A stretch of DNA of 64,000 bases, from positions 34,668,304 to 34,732,303 of the forward strand of contig NC_092671.1 in assembly GCF_964355755.1 (NCBI RefSeq), in the 5' to 3' direction. Made by a program: the position numbers and the translations under genes. How positions within the stretch are numbered: position 1 is the stretch's first letter; each line of letters begins with the position of its first letter. Below, one piece after another: positions 14,401-27,519 of the stretch. This DNA comes from Antedon mediterranea (Eukaryota; Animalia; Echinodermata). The notes under the pieces were generated by a model that saw nothing but the letters and a program-made list of their open reading frames with translations, made no database searches and was not told the origin of the DNA.

Positions 14401-17400
14401 CGTATTCGTGTTGACAAATATCACCAGTCATATTCGTAACTACAAAACGAGTATAGTTTTTGATTTATTTGCACGTCATTTTGCATTTGAATCAGGAATG
14501 ATTCATGATTATAATATAATTATAGATTTATTGAAAGTAATTTACTAAAGTAATTTACTAAAATGCCAAGTCAATTTTGATAAATAGCAGTTTTTATTTT
14601 TAAACTCCTCACTCGATTTGATGTTGATCACCGTTACGCTAGGCCTAGGCAGTCGAGCACCAAGCAACACGTACCTGAGCTTCGCTCAAATTTACCGCAG
14701 TCATATTTTGGACGCGCCTCAATATTTCGTTGCCATGCGAAACAGATTTTTTTATGGCTTACGAAAACGAATACGTGTGCGTGACGTATCCGTTTTCGTT
14801 ATCGTATTCGTAAGATTGCGAAACCTCTCTATTACCTGTGTCCCAGCACTAATAAATCATTTTATTATATTGTTTTGTTGTGTTTAACTATACATATCAT
14901 CTGTCACTGTCAAAGCGACATATCATCATCATCATCCGTTACGCTATTCGTCTTGGGTAGACATTGCGTACGCTAATCGTTTCCATGACTCTCTTTCGGT
15001 GGTCTGATGGTCTGTCATTATCTTTGCGATCAATGTATTTGCTTTTTTGAGTTCTTTGTTTATGTTTCCTATCTAGGTAGTTTGGCGCTACTGCAGTTTC
15101 GCACCACACTGTTATATCTTCGATTTCTTGCTTAATTTTTTTCTCACGCCCACATCATACAATTTTGGGCCATTATGTAACATGTTCCTATGATTTAGCC
15201 ACCGTTATATTACCTTTATCACAATAAAAAATGCCTTTCAAAACAGCTCCTTTTCCGCGAATACTTCGATCGAACTGTGGCCATTTTAGAATCAGAAAAT
15301 TGCCAGAAATCAATGCATGTTTTGTTTTCTGTTTTTATTTTTAAACTGCAAAGAGTGGTGGTTTTTATAAAGAACCAGCTGAACATATCAAAACGGCGAC
15401 GATACAAGTCCGTACATAAAACATTGATAGGAACTATTAATAATATGAATAATAATACTAATAATGAGATATTAATTTAACCTCTATTTCGCCAGCTGAA
15501 AACATTTCTTGCCTTTCAAAACTAAATAGGCATATATATGTATTGTTTTGATGTTTTGAAAAGTATTGTTATTTAAAAAAAATTACTTCGTAAGTGGTCG
15601 AAACGTATAAACATGTTACATAATATTATGTTGTAAGTGTGAAAAAGGAAAGTTTAGGTGAGAAATCGAAGATACAACTGTGTGGTGCGAAACTGCAGTA
15701 GCGCCGGTAGTTTTTGGTCTGCCAACTGGTCTTTTAACTTTTCTAATGGATTCTGTCAACGCTAATTTGGCTGGAGTGTCCATCGGAAGCCTTAGCATAT
15801 GTTCGGTCCATTTGTATTTTCTTTTCCTTATTATTCCATTTTAGTTCTTTCTTTCTATATAGTTCTATATTTCTAATTGTGTACGGCCACTTAATTTTTA
15901 TAATTTGTCTTAATAATTTCCTATGGAAACAGTCAATTTCGTCCTCTTGTTTTTTGGTTGTTGTCCATAATTCTGAGTTGTACATGAATATGCTTCTGAC
16001 GTATACATTGAATAGTCTCATTTTTACTTCTAGTGATAAGTTTTTGCTTGTTAGAATTTCTTTGTAGTTGTTGAAGGCTGATATTGCGAGTTGTTTTCGG
16101 CGTTTCATATCGTTATCTGTATCAATTAGCGATCCTAGATATTTACATTTTTTCCACGATTCGTCTCCTTTTCGTTTGATTATATATTCTTCTGTCTTAG
16201 TGTTGTTTATGATTAGGTTTCTGCTTTCTAGTTTCTTAGGTATGGTCTTCTTAACTTCTTCGACTTGCGTTTTTGAATTTGTTAACCAGCCGATGTCGTC
16301 TGCATATTGTTGATCCATTATGAAGAATGATGGTGGTTGTTGTAGGTTTTCATCATCGTGTTCCAGTGCTCTTGCAAGATAAAGAGTGAAGAGCACTGGA
16401 CTCAGGCAATCTCCTTGTGGAATAGTACCGATGTTGGTAGTAAAAGATTCACCTACTGTACTACCACATCGTACACTCAGTTTGACGTCTTTTAATAGAA
16501 GTGAGACCATATGTAGTTCGTCATCATTCAAGACCTTCTTGAGATCTGTTAAAAGTTTCCCCCTTTTCACCGAATCGAAAGCCTTGCTCATATCCATTAG
16601 TAACACTATTGTTTCATAGTCTTCTGAAGTTATCGCCTTCTCTGCTAGTAACCTAACACTGAATACCAGTTCTGTGGTGCTGCGGCCTTTTCTATATGCA
16701 CATTGGGTTGGGGGTATACATCGGTTGATCTTTTCATTTATTCTTTCAATCATACAGATTGCAATAATTTTTCGAATCATATTTAGCAGGATAACTGGTC
16801 TGTAGTTTTCTACCGGTCCGCGCTTTTTTCCGGGCTTCTGTAAGGGTATTAATATGCCCTCATTTAGTTCTTTAGGATAGACTCCCGTTGCTGCAATCTC
16901 ATTCATAATTTCCGCAATGATTTGTCTTAGTTCTTTAGGACTGTACTTGAGTTGCTCTGCTTTGATTTCATCGGTTCCTATGCTTTTATTATTTTTCAGT
17001 TTAGCTATGGCTTTTTCTACTTCTTTTTCATTAAATGGCACGTTCATAGCACTTGGTTCAACGTTTGTTTCAGATTGGTTTTCCTTATTGTAGAATGATT
17101 TAAACAACTGTGTTATTTTCTGTGTTGTAAATTCTTCATTACTTGTTATTCCGTCTTCGCCTTCGACTACGATTGGTGCTTTTGGTTTATTTCGTTGCAT
17201 TTTCCTGATTACTTTATACATTCTATTGGAATTGTCTTTGCTTTCTTCTATCTCTTTGATGTCATTAAGTAGTTGTTTTTCGTGTTGTTCTTTTAGTTTA
17301 CGGTGGATTTCTTTTAGCATGATGTTCCTTTCTTTCTGTAGTACATGTCTTCTTTCTTTGCATGTCGACGATTTGATTTGTAGTCGTAGAGCTGTTTCTG

Positions 17401-20400
17401 TTTTTCTGATAGCTTTTCTACTTGTCTATTATCCCTTTTTCTATTAATTGGTGTTTTGAAACCTATAGTGTTTTCTGAAGCCCTCTTACATGTTTTCACG
17501 ATATTGTTCCACTTCTCTTGTATGTCTGCGGCATTTATTTCCTTTCGTTTGCAATTTAAACTGCGAAGTATTTCATTTTCGTATTGCTCTTTAATATTAT
17601 CATTTTGAAATTTGTCAAAGTCAAATTTCTTTTTAGTGGTTTTCTTGTACCAGTTTATGTTGAGTTTCGTTATCACTAATCTATGATCCGTTTTAGTTAT
17701 TAATCCATTGTACGGTCTGGCATCTTCTACAAAACTACGGTGGTCTAATCTCATCATCACATAATCTATTTGGTTCCTTATTGGATTCTTCCTTTTTGAG
17801 GTTTTTCGTTCCGGACATTGCCAGGTAGCGATATGTGTTAATTTATGGTTAAAAAATGTATTTATTAAAAACATTTGATTCCTGCATGCAAATTCTAAAA
17901 GATGTTCTCCATTGCTGTTTAGTTCCCCCTTTCCGAATTTTCCTATATTTTGTGGGTATACGTTGTGGCCTGTTCCCGTCTTTGCATTATAGTCTCCTAA
18001 TATCACTAGAATATCTCTCTTATTTACACAGTTTGTTATGTTTTGTAGGTCTTCGTAAAAAATTCTTCTTCGATCCGGGTGTTGCTCGCTTACTTTAAGG
18101 GTATTGGCGTACGCGCATATTACAACCATTTCATTATCATACGATTTATTTTCCTGTTTTGTAATTAACATGCATATTCTGTCGCTTATTGGTTTGAATT
18201 CGCATTTAAGATTATTGTCTACCATAAATCCTACTCCACCATATCCCGAACCCGGTTCTTTGCCTCCTGCATTAAAGAATTGAAATTTCTTACCGTTTGT
18301 TGATTCTACTGTACCATTGTTAGTTTCTCTTCTCTCAAATGTGTTTCTTAGTTTCCTAGTATACTTATCTTATAGTTATCCATATCTGTAGCTATGTTTT
18401 CGATTTTGGTTGTGTAGGCCGTAGCGAGACCATTGCAGTTGAGCGTTCCTAGCCTTAGTCAGTCTCCTTGACTTCCCTTCATCGCTATGTGATTTTCATA
18501 TCAATCGCCTGTACATACCATCTTCCTACTGCCCTGCATATGTGTTTACGGTATCCTATAGACTGCCTAGCAAACGAATGTGTTTCGCTGTTAAAAAAAC
18601 TTCTTCTGTGCGTTGATTAAAAGTCTTATTTGTTCTTATAATTTCTTATATGTTTAGACAAGAACGACAGACCACAGATTACACCTATAATTGTCATGTA
18701 CGCGATTAAAAATGCGTGTTGACTATCCTCCGCGAGCGGAGTGGTTGTGCGACATATGATCTTTAAAATTACACAAAATAATACAGTATTAAGGATATCA
18801 AGGAAATCCTAAAGCTCTGTCTACATTAATATCAAACTAGTTTGACAAAAAAAGTGTGACTGTGATGTGCCCAAATATGGTAGTGATATGTCCAAATATG
18901 AGTGGTATAACATCATCCATATAATGGGCACATCACATTTTGTTGTCACATCAAGTTTAATAGTGTAGAAAGAGCGTAATAAAGCTAATTTATTATTACA
19001 ACTACTGTACTGTACTGTATTCTTATCCATTGGTAATATATTGTGAGAGGATACCGTTTACGGAATGTAGAATTCCTTCTTTTTATGAATGTTTAAGAAA
19101 ATCGATATATAGCCGGATTTGTAGACTCAATTCAAGTGAAAATGTTTTAGTCTCAACGGTAATAATAATAGGAAGGATCATAGGATGGATGTACATAGCC
19201 GTATACCTGCCCTGACGTATGACAAATAAGACATTTATTATTTGTCATCCTTCAGGACAGGTATTGTATGATTCCACTGTACATAGCCGTATACCTGCCC
19301 TGACGTATGACAAATAAGACATTTATTATTTGTCATCCTTCAGGACAGGTATTGTATGATTCCACTGTACATAGCCATATACCTGCCCTGACGTATGACA
19401 AATAAGACATTTATTATTTGTCATCCTTCAGGGCAGGTATTATGATTCCACTGTACATAGCCGTATACCTGCCCTGACGTATGGCAAATAAGACATTTAT
19501 TATTTGGTGAATGATGAAAGGTTATATCAACTCGGCGTTGCCTCGTTGATATAAACTTTCATCATTCACCTCATGCAATTATTTGTACCATTACACTTCA
19601 TAAACAATTCATTATTTGTATACTAATTAGTACAGTCGAAATAAAAACATTGAATAAATGAATACACCATAAAAACTCTTGGCCCAGTAAAGTCTCTAAA
19701 GGCAATTGTAAGCCTATCTGTACAGCCTTTAAAAATGCTAATTCTCCACAAAAAGCCCTCAGTATATCTATATCTTTGTAAAATTCACTTTATGGTATGA
19801 AAAATACAGTAGATGAAATGGTTCCATCCACAGTGTGCATCAAACAAGTTAATTTTTTATTTTAAAAGAAATAAATAGTATGGAGATAGGCAAGTGAAAA
19901 TTGAAGCTACTGTGATATTTTCAAGTCTCTAGCAATAATGTACCTTGATGGGTTTAATGAAATTTTCCAAAATGTTGCATTAGTTTAAAAGTTACGGCCA
20001 TTTACGGCGCACCTCTATTTTTGGTCACCTTATTGCATTGTCATGTAGCCCCGCTTTCCAAAAAAAGGTCGGGTGGGGGTTGGGGTCTAATTAATAATGC
20101 AACAAATGTCACTTGCTTGGACAAGTTAAAACAAATGTTATATCTTTCACCTGAGGTCTCTCTACTATAGGCTTTATACATTGATTTAAGATCATTATTA
20201 ATTATTAGATTAATATGGATTTATTTATTTCATGCAGAAATATATTTATTAAAGGCACGTCTGTTTGATCATACAATAACATTAATATATAAATCAACAT
20301 AACTTAAAGAACATAATATCAATAGAAAATATGTATGATTAATCTTTTACAGTATGTCAGTTACTCAAGATGATTTATTTAATAACATCAAGATCATAAT

Positions 20401-23400
20401 CTATCTTTTTGTACTACTGTGTGTATTCAAAAGGTAGATTGTTAAACTTTATTGTTTACCACTAGTACTAGTAGCAGCAAAATATACAATGCAATGTTGT
20501 TTTTAATTACTTTTGCTTAACTACCCTTCTAGCAAATAACAATGTTTTGTGACGTTTACATGTACATCAAGGATATTGTCAGACATGGAAACAATGCAAG
20601 GGTATAAGAGCAATTTAATTTATTTCCACACACAATATAATAACATACAGGATAATAAATACAATGACGTAATCATGTGGGGGGGGGGGGGCATACAGTA
20701 TAAGTCAGAAAGTTTGACCCACCCCAAGATATACCTTCAAAGCAACATTAGGCCTGAATTGAAAATATAAACTAAAGTGGTTATGTGGATCCGGGCTTTT
20801 ACTAGGTTGCGAAAAAAAAGGAAATGTTAAAGATACATTGTCCCCCTGAAAATAATGTTGTTTAATGTTTTTGTTGAATATATCATTTCAATGTCACATA
20901 ATAGATATTCACTTTGACCAAAAATCGTATTGAAAAAAAAAATCATTTATCTGAAAAAAATGCAATTTATTTAAAAAAAATGTTGTCTTTGTGAAAACAT
21001 CATTTTTTGTATTTTTTATTTCTAAAAAAGTAATGTAACATAATTAATTAATAAATAAATGTTATTTAAATCTTTATTTTTCATGTTTTTAGGGGGCAAT
21101 ATACATCTTTAAAGAATAATTGATACATTAAACATTTGTTAGCGTCATTGAAGGTAGGATTTAGGTTATGCTCAGTACGGTAAATAAATTTCACTTCAAA
21201 TCCAAGTACAAAATGCAAAAAAAAAATTATTTCTATTATTCACTAGGTACATTCAATACAGTAACTTGTTTTTTCTTTCTTGAATAAATAACTCTTCTGA
21301 GTGGATTGATCTCCTGGATCAACTTTGCAGGAGGTCAACCTCCTTGATAACAAGAAAGTTAATACAATGAGAAAAGTGATAGTCAATTTGGAGGACCTGA
21401 AGCAGAAGTCAGGATACTAAAAGTCAGTGCATTTTTTGTAAGAACACTAAAGGGAGTCAAGCCAATGATGGTGCAGATTCAATTCAACTTTATTTAACCA
21501 CACATGGTTGTTTTTCCCTGCAACGGCGTGTAAATACAAAAATAAAAATACAATTTCAATAAATTCTTCAATTTACCAATATTATGTATTATGTATGTAT
21601 ACAAATATATATTTAAAAGTTTTAATGAAGTTTATTTTTAACCAATTGTAGGATCATAGACGAGTTAATGCCAAGACCAAGATTGTTCCATTTTCTCACT
21701 CAGAAATTATAAATATAGTGGTGGATTCCATCAAAATTTAAGATTTGTGATTCAAACATTTTAGATCGACAAAAAGCGAGATAGCCAGAGTATCACTAAA
21801 AACCAAAATTCCATCTAACTTTAATTTAAACAAAAATTTACCACCACCACACTCTCTCTAAAAAATAACAAAGTTGTTATCCGAGTACAGTTTAGCTAGT
21901 AGTCTAGTACAGTTGAACCTCCGTGAGCGGCCACCTCACTTTCAAAAGCCTATATTCTTCCTATCTAATTAGTGCATTTGGTACCTCCCTTAAGCGGCCA
22001 CCTCCCGTAAGCAGCCGCAGCCACATTTTTTAATAAAAATTAGATTTTTGTATGGTAAATTACCTCCTGCAAGCAGCCACTTTAAAAATTTTGTATAGAC
22101 TTTTGACAACAAAAATATAATTTGGATACTTATTGTGCTAAATACAATTAGCTGGCCTATTGCGTTAAGAACAGCAAAAAATATCATGCATGGCAGAACC
22201 TCCCGTAAGCAGTCACCTTCTGTAAACGGCCACTTTTCCCAGTCTCGAGGGTGGCCGCTTACAACTGTAGTAGTATATAAATAAAAGAAATAAAATGACA
22301 TGAGTGAGGTCAATCAGCTTCCATTAAGATAGATATTCTCTACAGACACTCTAATAATTATGCAATAATCAACAGACAATGTTTATGGGTGTCTTAACTA
22401 ATAATATGGCTTTATATGTTTTTTTTTATATTATTATTTCTAATTCTAAAATCAACCAACTGCCTCACTTACCATAATTGCACTTTCTTAAGTCTCTTTA
22501 GTACATTGAATATACAGTATTTCTATTTAGCACAAATTAACTAAACCACACTATATCTGGTATTTGTATTTGGTATTGATACAGGCTCGGGCTCAGTATA
22601 TTAGCAACATTAGGAAATGAAAATTCTCAAAAACAAATGTTGACGAAACATTTTATAATTGTTACTAAACTAAAGTGCAACATCTATATTTACTTCTCTG
22701 TTATTTTCCTCACATAATATTTATCAATGTAAAATTGTCAACAAAATGAATGATCGCAACTGGAATCGTGGTTGTAACCTACGTTACATGTTTTATTTTC
22801 GACTTTCAATGTAAACGATTATAAAGGCAACAATATTATATTTCTATGAATATGAAACTATAAAATAGTGTATGTAATCAAACAAAAACATGTATAATAA
22901 CTTACATATTGTTACATTCACTAATACATATTGTATTTTATAGTTTATACTTTATTAACATCCATAATAACATGAGTCGTCAATCAAAGGTTGTTGTTGA
23001 TTTCTTGTATGTCCGCATACATTCCTGTCTTAAATTCACATAAAATAACACTCATTATTGTACTCTATTAAATAGTCATATGACAAAACTGGTGTTATCT
23101 TTCTTAGAAAATGTATACTGTGTTACAAATGAGTAACGTAAATTACGTATTCAGTAACGTAAATTACTGAATTGAAAGATGAATTCGTCATCAAAATAGT
23201 TAAATAAAAACAACATTTGTAACTTTTAACAATAAACCTCATTGGTATTTTAGATCATTGCCATCACTTTAGAGTAGGCAAACAGATTATATGTTTCATT
23301 AAATCATCCTTTTTTTTATTTTCTATTAATTCAATGCATATTTTATATGTATAATATATATTTATTCATAAAAACTCCCATATGAAAATGTAAATTAGTG

Positions 23401-26400
23401 AGTTTTATAATGCTAGTGTACATACTATTGTTTTGGTTAATATGATTATTATTATTTATTATAATTCTGTGAACTTTACAGTTGCTTGGCCTAATGCTTA
23501 TATCAGTCTCAACTTTCTTAGTAACGTAAGTTACATTTCCTTTAATGTTTCAATTAATTGATTTGATTGCTTCATCGGGGCTTGTGATTGTGATCACACC
23601 TAGAGATTTTAATACGTTTAACTTTTAAGGGCAAAGTTCTGATGTTTTTGGCAAAGACTTGTGTTTCTTGCTGTGAATTTGACAAGTTTAATATTAGCAT
23701 TTCTTTGTCGGATTTTCTTAAACGAGGAAAAAGAAACCTTCCGTTGCTCGGGATTTTCACTTTTGTACTTGGCAAGTTCATCATGTAATCATTGAGGTAT
23801 CTTATCTGGCGTTTTTCTTTGGTAGAAGATGTTTTGCAGGCTTCTCGTTTTCCTGGCATCATCCTGGAGTTGTCATCTCTTTCCATGAAGCCTAATACTT
23901 CATTATGAAGAACTCCCCACGCCTTTTTTACATACTTCGCAGCTGTGATTCCTTGCTTTTTTGTCTTGGATAGGTTACGTTGACCAAGGCCCGACTCCCT
24001 TGAAACACGCGCGATTAACCTGTATTTCTTGATTATCTTTCCAGATAGAACATTGCTAATCATTCTTCTGGCCTTCTGCCCTTGATTTATCTCTGTGCTC
24101 TCTCTTATTTCATCGAGCAGTGCATGTGAAAGCAGGAGTTGTTTTTTCAACCCTTTGGGTACTGATCTTGGTGACATACCTAGAAAATTGGAAATTACAT
24201 CAATACTAAATTAAGTATGGTTTAGAATATTTAAATATTATCTCAATTGATATGTTCAGGAAGATAATGGTTTAAGCGGCATGTAATGGGCAGAAAAAGA
24301 AAATACGTATATTCACATCACCATACACGACATGGAACAAGTTATCAATTATAAGGCATTGAGTACATTTTGTGGATATTTGCTCTATATTATAAATAGC
24401 CAATATTATCATTATTAATAATAATTATGCGTGAATAAAACAGTACATTCATTCGTGACCTACCTGCATTTCGTAAATCCTGATTTGCTTTCGATCTTGG
24501 AGAGTCAGTACTACTCATGGACGAGTCATGACTGGTAGATGGGATGCAATTCTTATTTACTTTCTTCAAAGCTCTTTCATAGCGCTTGTTTATGGGTTTT
24601 TTTTGTATGGTCATTTTCTGTAACTCCAGATTTAATTTTTCGATGCGACGATGGGCTCGACTTAGTGCTCTGCCAACACGTTTTCGAGTAGAAATACGTC
24701 TCTTAAACGACATCTTGATGCGTAGAGGAGAAGTTGGTGAAACCACATCGGAAGATATGGCTGAATCATCATTACTACTACTAGGTTCGTCAGCTTCTTC
24801 TGGGTGTTGTACTTGTAGTTGGGCTTGAACTTGCTTCACGTACCTTCAATGTTTCTGTACTCTTCTTTTCACCGTCGCTGTCCGTGCATTTCTATCTTTT
24901 GTTGTAAGTTCTGCTGACGGAACATAGTATTTCATTACACGTCTTGCTTCTGCTTGCAAGTACTCTGCTCCTCGCTTCTCTTTTTGTCGTTCCCGATACG
25001 CTGCCTGAATCTCGGCTCGTGACTTTACCATTATCACCAGTGTCACCTAGTGTTTAACAAAATGTATTAGTATTAAATCGAAATAAACAAATATTAAACT
25101 ATATTTTTACATTTTAAATAACCATAATGTAAAAAATTACATTGACTTTGTATGTAGTAAATTATGTAACTTACGTTACCATGAACTTACTATTAATACT
25201 TGTGAGTATCGATATTACAATGAAACAAGATGTATCCAGGTACATGACATACGTTTGACAATGAATATTCATAAACATATATACACAGATATTATCTTAA
25301 TATCATTGCTATGTTCGGTAATGTTACAACAACATAGACATACAACATCAATGTGAAACTTACGTTACCATAGTATCAAGGGCAAAGAAACTTCCCATAA
25401 AATAACCATAAATAAAATCAACTCCGGTTGGAGGTAATGTTCATTATTGCCTGTATAATATAACTTAAATTATTTGAATATACTGATTAGAAAAAAAACA
25501 AGACGTCTTAGAAATGAGGTATATAAAATGGTAACCTACGTTACATGTAGTGTAATTTACGTTACGTTGTTGCCTGTGCTAGCTTACTAGTGTAAATTGT
25601 ACAATGTAATAACATACTTGCATATCTGTCTAATTTCCTAAATTATAAACATTAGGAAAGTTGTTCTAAATGATCTTTAGTGAATTAAGCATTTGAATAC
25701 TTACTAAAATATACTCGAAAATCTGATATATGACGAATAAACTATGAAATTGTGAAGAAGTATTTATAAAAACGTGGTCAAAATTGCCGCTGTCTGCCGA
25801 ATCACGTGGTTAAAACTTTTTATTGTATCAGAGGGCGTTTTCTTGATCATAAGAATATCTGTATTCCTTAGAAATGTCCACAATATTAAAACTCATCAGT
25901 AACAATATATATGGTAACGTAAGTTACCATAACGTAAATTTCAAATGAACTTCAAAGGCTCAAATAATTAAATCTTAAAACAACAACAAAATAATCAGTT
26001 TAAAATTAAACTTGACGTAACTAATCTTATAAATTATTATAACATGTGTGTACACAAACCGGATCCTAAGAAGAAATGGGGTAACGTAGGTTACATCGCT
26101 TAACCAATCGTTTTTCATTAACACTTTCCAGGCAATTTTATAACGTATTTACATTATATTTCATCCGTGCAAGCAATATAATCGTTATCAAGAGTACAAA
26201 TCACATATAATACGAAGAAAAACACTTTTATAGGTAATTATTAATTGATATTTAATGCATTTTTTAAAGTCTGTAACGTAAGTTACGTCATTTGTGCGAC
26301 ATATTTAATTGAAGAATTTTTTTAAATAAAACTCATTTTTTGTCAAAATTTCACTTACATGCATTAAACGTATAGGTAAGGCTCCAAAATATACAGTATT

Positions 26401-26996
26401 TACAATGATAAATGGGATTATATTTAATTTTTACACTAGTGAATATTATGAAATTGGCCGGCGACAGGCGGTTTTGTGTCATATCATGAAGTTTAAAGTG
26501 ACATTATTTTTTAAGGGCAAGGATTTTCAAAATGAAACTTGGCCAATACAAAGAATAACGTTTCCTTTACCGTCATAATGCTTTAAATCACACTTTTAGT
26601 GCATAGTTTTAAATATATAACACAGTAAATATAGGCGACATTGGTTTTTCATATTCGTGTTGGTATAGTGAGCCTGAGCCTACAGTATCTTATTATACAT
26701 GCATATCATAATCAATAATCATAATATGAATTCTCTGAACTAATAATAAGAGGATAATTTTACATTGTAAAACAACTACATTTGTTTGACTCAATTACGA
26801 TAAATAATTATATGTGTAGTGTACTATTGTGTAGGCCTCACGAAGAAAGAATGTCATTTCCCAGCGAGTGGTACCAATCACGGTAAGTTCCTTGCCTAAT
26901 AAATATGTTGGTGGTTGAGAGATACTTACTTGAATCACATGTTTGAAGGAAGGCGATCATCAAAACACCACAAAGGCTTAAAATCCTACAGTACAT
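2442..26996 (-). CDS. LDL-receptor-related protein, megalin/LRP2-like, 5' part (3' part runs off the left edge)
   Basis: Exons with GT-AG ends, all phase 1: 26930-26996 (signal peptide [22 protein letters not shown]); 6440-6547, 5300-5416, 4720-4836 and 3506-3634 (four LDLa repeats, C-D-x3-DC-D-x-DE pattern); 2908-3027 (EGF); 2442-2564 (Ca-[18 protein letters not shown]). The last LDLa plus EGF pair resembles the end of megalin ligand cluster I. Linking the 26.9 kb exon is inferred from phase and the signal peptide. Confidence 0.8.
3261..3398. mobile_element. ~160-bp MITE family, copy 2
   Basis: Same TIR and GATGTGCCCA/ACTACCATATTT core. Confidence 0.7.
4930..5050 (-). mobile_element. Degenerate tRNA-derived SINE head
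   Basis: The minus strand has TGGTCTAGAGG (A box) and GGTTCGAATCC (B box) but no complete cloverleaf. Confidence 0.45.
7368..11507 (+). mobile_element. Helentron/DINE-1-like (HINE) non-autonomous rolling-circle element array with two tandem ~1.52 kb bodies
   Basis: 5' palindromic head GGTTATCCGCAACGAAGTTGCAGGATAACC, present twice (7371, 7427). Bodies 8456-9976 and 9977-11507 are near-identical, period 1521. Each ends with a subterminal inverted repeat GCGGATAACCAA, the hairpin ACTCGTCA-AAG-TGACGAGT and CTAGT. The flanks are T-rich. Confidence 0.7.
11630..11706 (-). pseudogene. 5S rRNA-derived fragment (pseudogene or 5S-SINE head)
   Basis: The minus strand reads TACGGCTTTACCACGTTGAAACACCGGTTCTCGTCAGATCACCGAAGTTAAGCCTGGTTAGAGCTTGGATGGGAGA. 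This matches the 5' two-thirds of animal 5S rRNA, with an internal deletion after AGTTAAGC and no 3' end. Confidence 0.8.
12546..13495. mobile_element. PIF/Harbinger-like non-autonomous element containing a nested ~190-bp MITE (about 12842-13030)
   Basis: Imperfect TIRs GGGCGCGTTTATACAACACGCTA / TAGGGTGTTGTATAAACACGACC with TTA TSD. The internal element has AAGC(G/T)TGGTTCCCA termini. Confidence 0.7.
14305..14830. mobile_element. TIR MITE (PIF/Harbinger- or ISL2EU-like)
   Basis: ~48-bp TIRs AGGGAGGTTTCGCAACCTTACGAATACGATAACGAAAACGGATACGTCA, with AT on both flanks. Confidence 0.75.
15084..15705. mobile_element. Merlin-like MITE nested in the 3' end of the LINE
   Basis: ~45-bp TIRs starting GGCGCTACTGCAGTTTCGCACCACA, with an exact 8-bp TSD GGTAGTTT (15076-15083, 15706-15713). 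Confidence 0.8.
15743..18225 (-). pseudogene. Frameshifted endonuclease/reverse transcriptase ORF of the RTE-like element
   Basis: ORFs 17314-18225 (APE) and 15743-17320 (RT) lie in different frames. The C-terminus continues in a third frame and is interrupted by a MITE. Confidence 0.85.
18810..18978. mobile_element. ~160-bp MITE family, copy 3
   Basis: Same TIR and core. Confidence 0.7.
19190..19506. repeat. 88-bp tandem repeat (~3.6 copies), each unit a long hairpin
   Basis: Units start at 19191, 19279, 19367 and 19453. Confidence 0.9.
20831..21108. mobile_element. Kolobok-like MITE
   Basis: TTAA|AGATACATTGTCCCC...GGGGCAATATACATCT|TTAA. Same family as 31644-31975 and 45376-45737. Confidence 0.6.
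21910..22267. mobile_element. Tc1/mariner (pogo/Tigger-like) MITE
   Basis: TA|CAGTTG...CAACTG|TA termini with internal repeated AGCGGCCACCT motifs. Confidence 0.65.
22584..26680 (-). mobile_element. Sola-like DNA transposon, internally deleted, with a spliced transposase remnant
   Basis: Imperfect TIRs GGCTC(G/A)GGCTCA(G/C)TATA and 4-bp TSD TACA (22580-22583, 26681-26684). Minus-strand basic ORF pieces 24846-25046, 24390-24839 and 23572-24177 include [14 protein letters not shown]...KRQIRYLND. Superfamily call rests on the 4-bp TSD and my recollection of the motif, so it is tentative. Confidence 0.65.
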
Positions 26997-27519
26997 ATTT
27001 ACATTTGTCTGTACTGCTGTCAAATATCACTCGTCGAGATATTATAAACGGATTGTATAAATGATGATTTTAAAAACTTTAGCCCGCGGTAACCATCCAA
27101 ATTTGCAGAGGACAGAGTTGCGAATTTATCGGTGTTGAGTGAGCTGGTGCTACCCTCGATATGGGCTAGCCAAGTTGCAAGTTGTGAGTGCTTTTTGCAG
27201 CTTCTTTATTCCACAATAAATACGTGTAGACAGGTAGCAAACAAACAACAACCCTTTGAGAAAATAAAATCAACACATGAATAAATACAGTAGTCCAATC
27301 AAAGGTGCTTATTTTTGGCGACTGTATCACACTGGCGGTCTCCAGACAAATCACAATTTTCTTCAAGGTGCACAAAACTTTACCGTCTGACAGATATTTC
27401 CGCTTCAGTGATTGGCCCTTACTTGGCCATCTGTTTTTTGTATTTTGCCATTAAAAAGTACATTAAAATCTGTTTTAATTGGCCAATAAATTAACATTTT
27501 TTAACTAACAAACATTATT

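Larger units (their letters stand above)
14924..18748 (-). mobile_element. Full-length decayed non-LTR retrotransposon (RTE-like, APE + RT)
   Basis: APE motifs (LGTLNCNG near 18450, [20 protein letters not shown]) and RT motifs ([36 protein letters not shown]), then C-terminal GRPKTT. (GAT)n 3' tail and 9-bp TSD GCGACATAT at 14915-14923 and 18749-18757. Several frameshifts. Confidence 0.9.
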
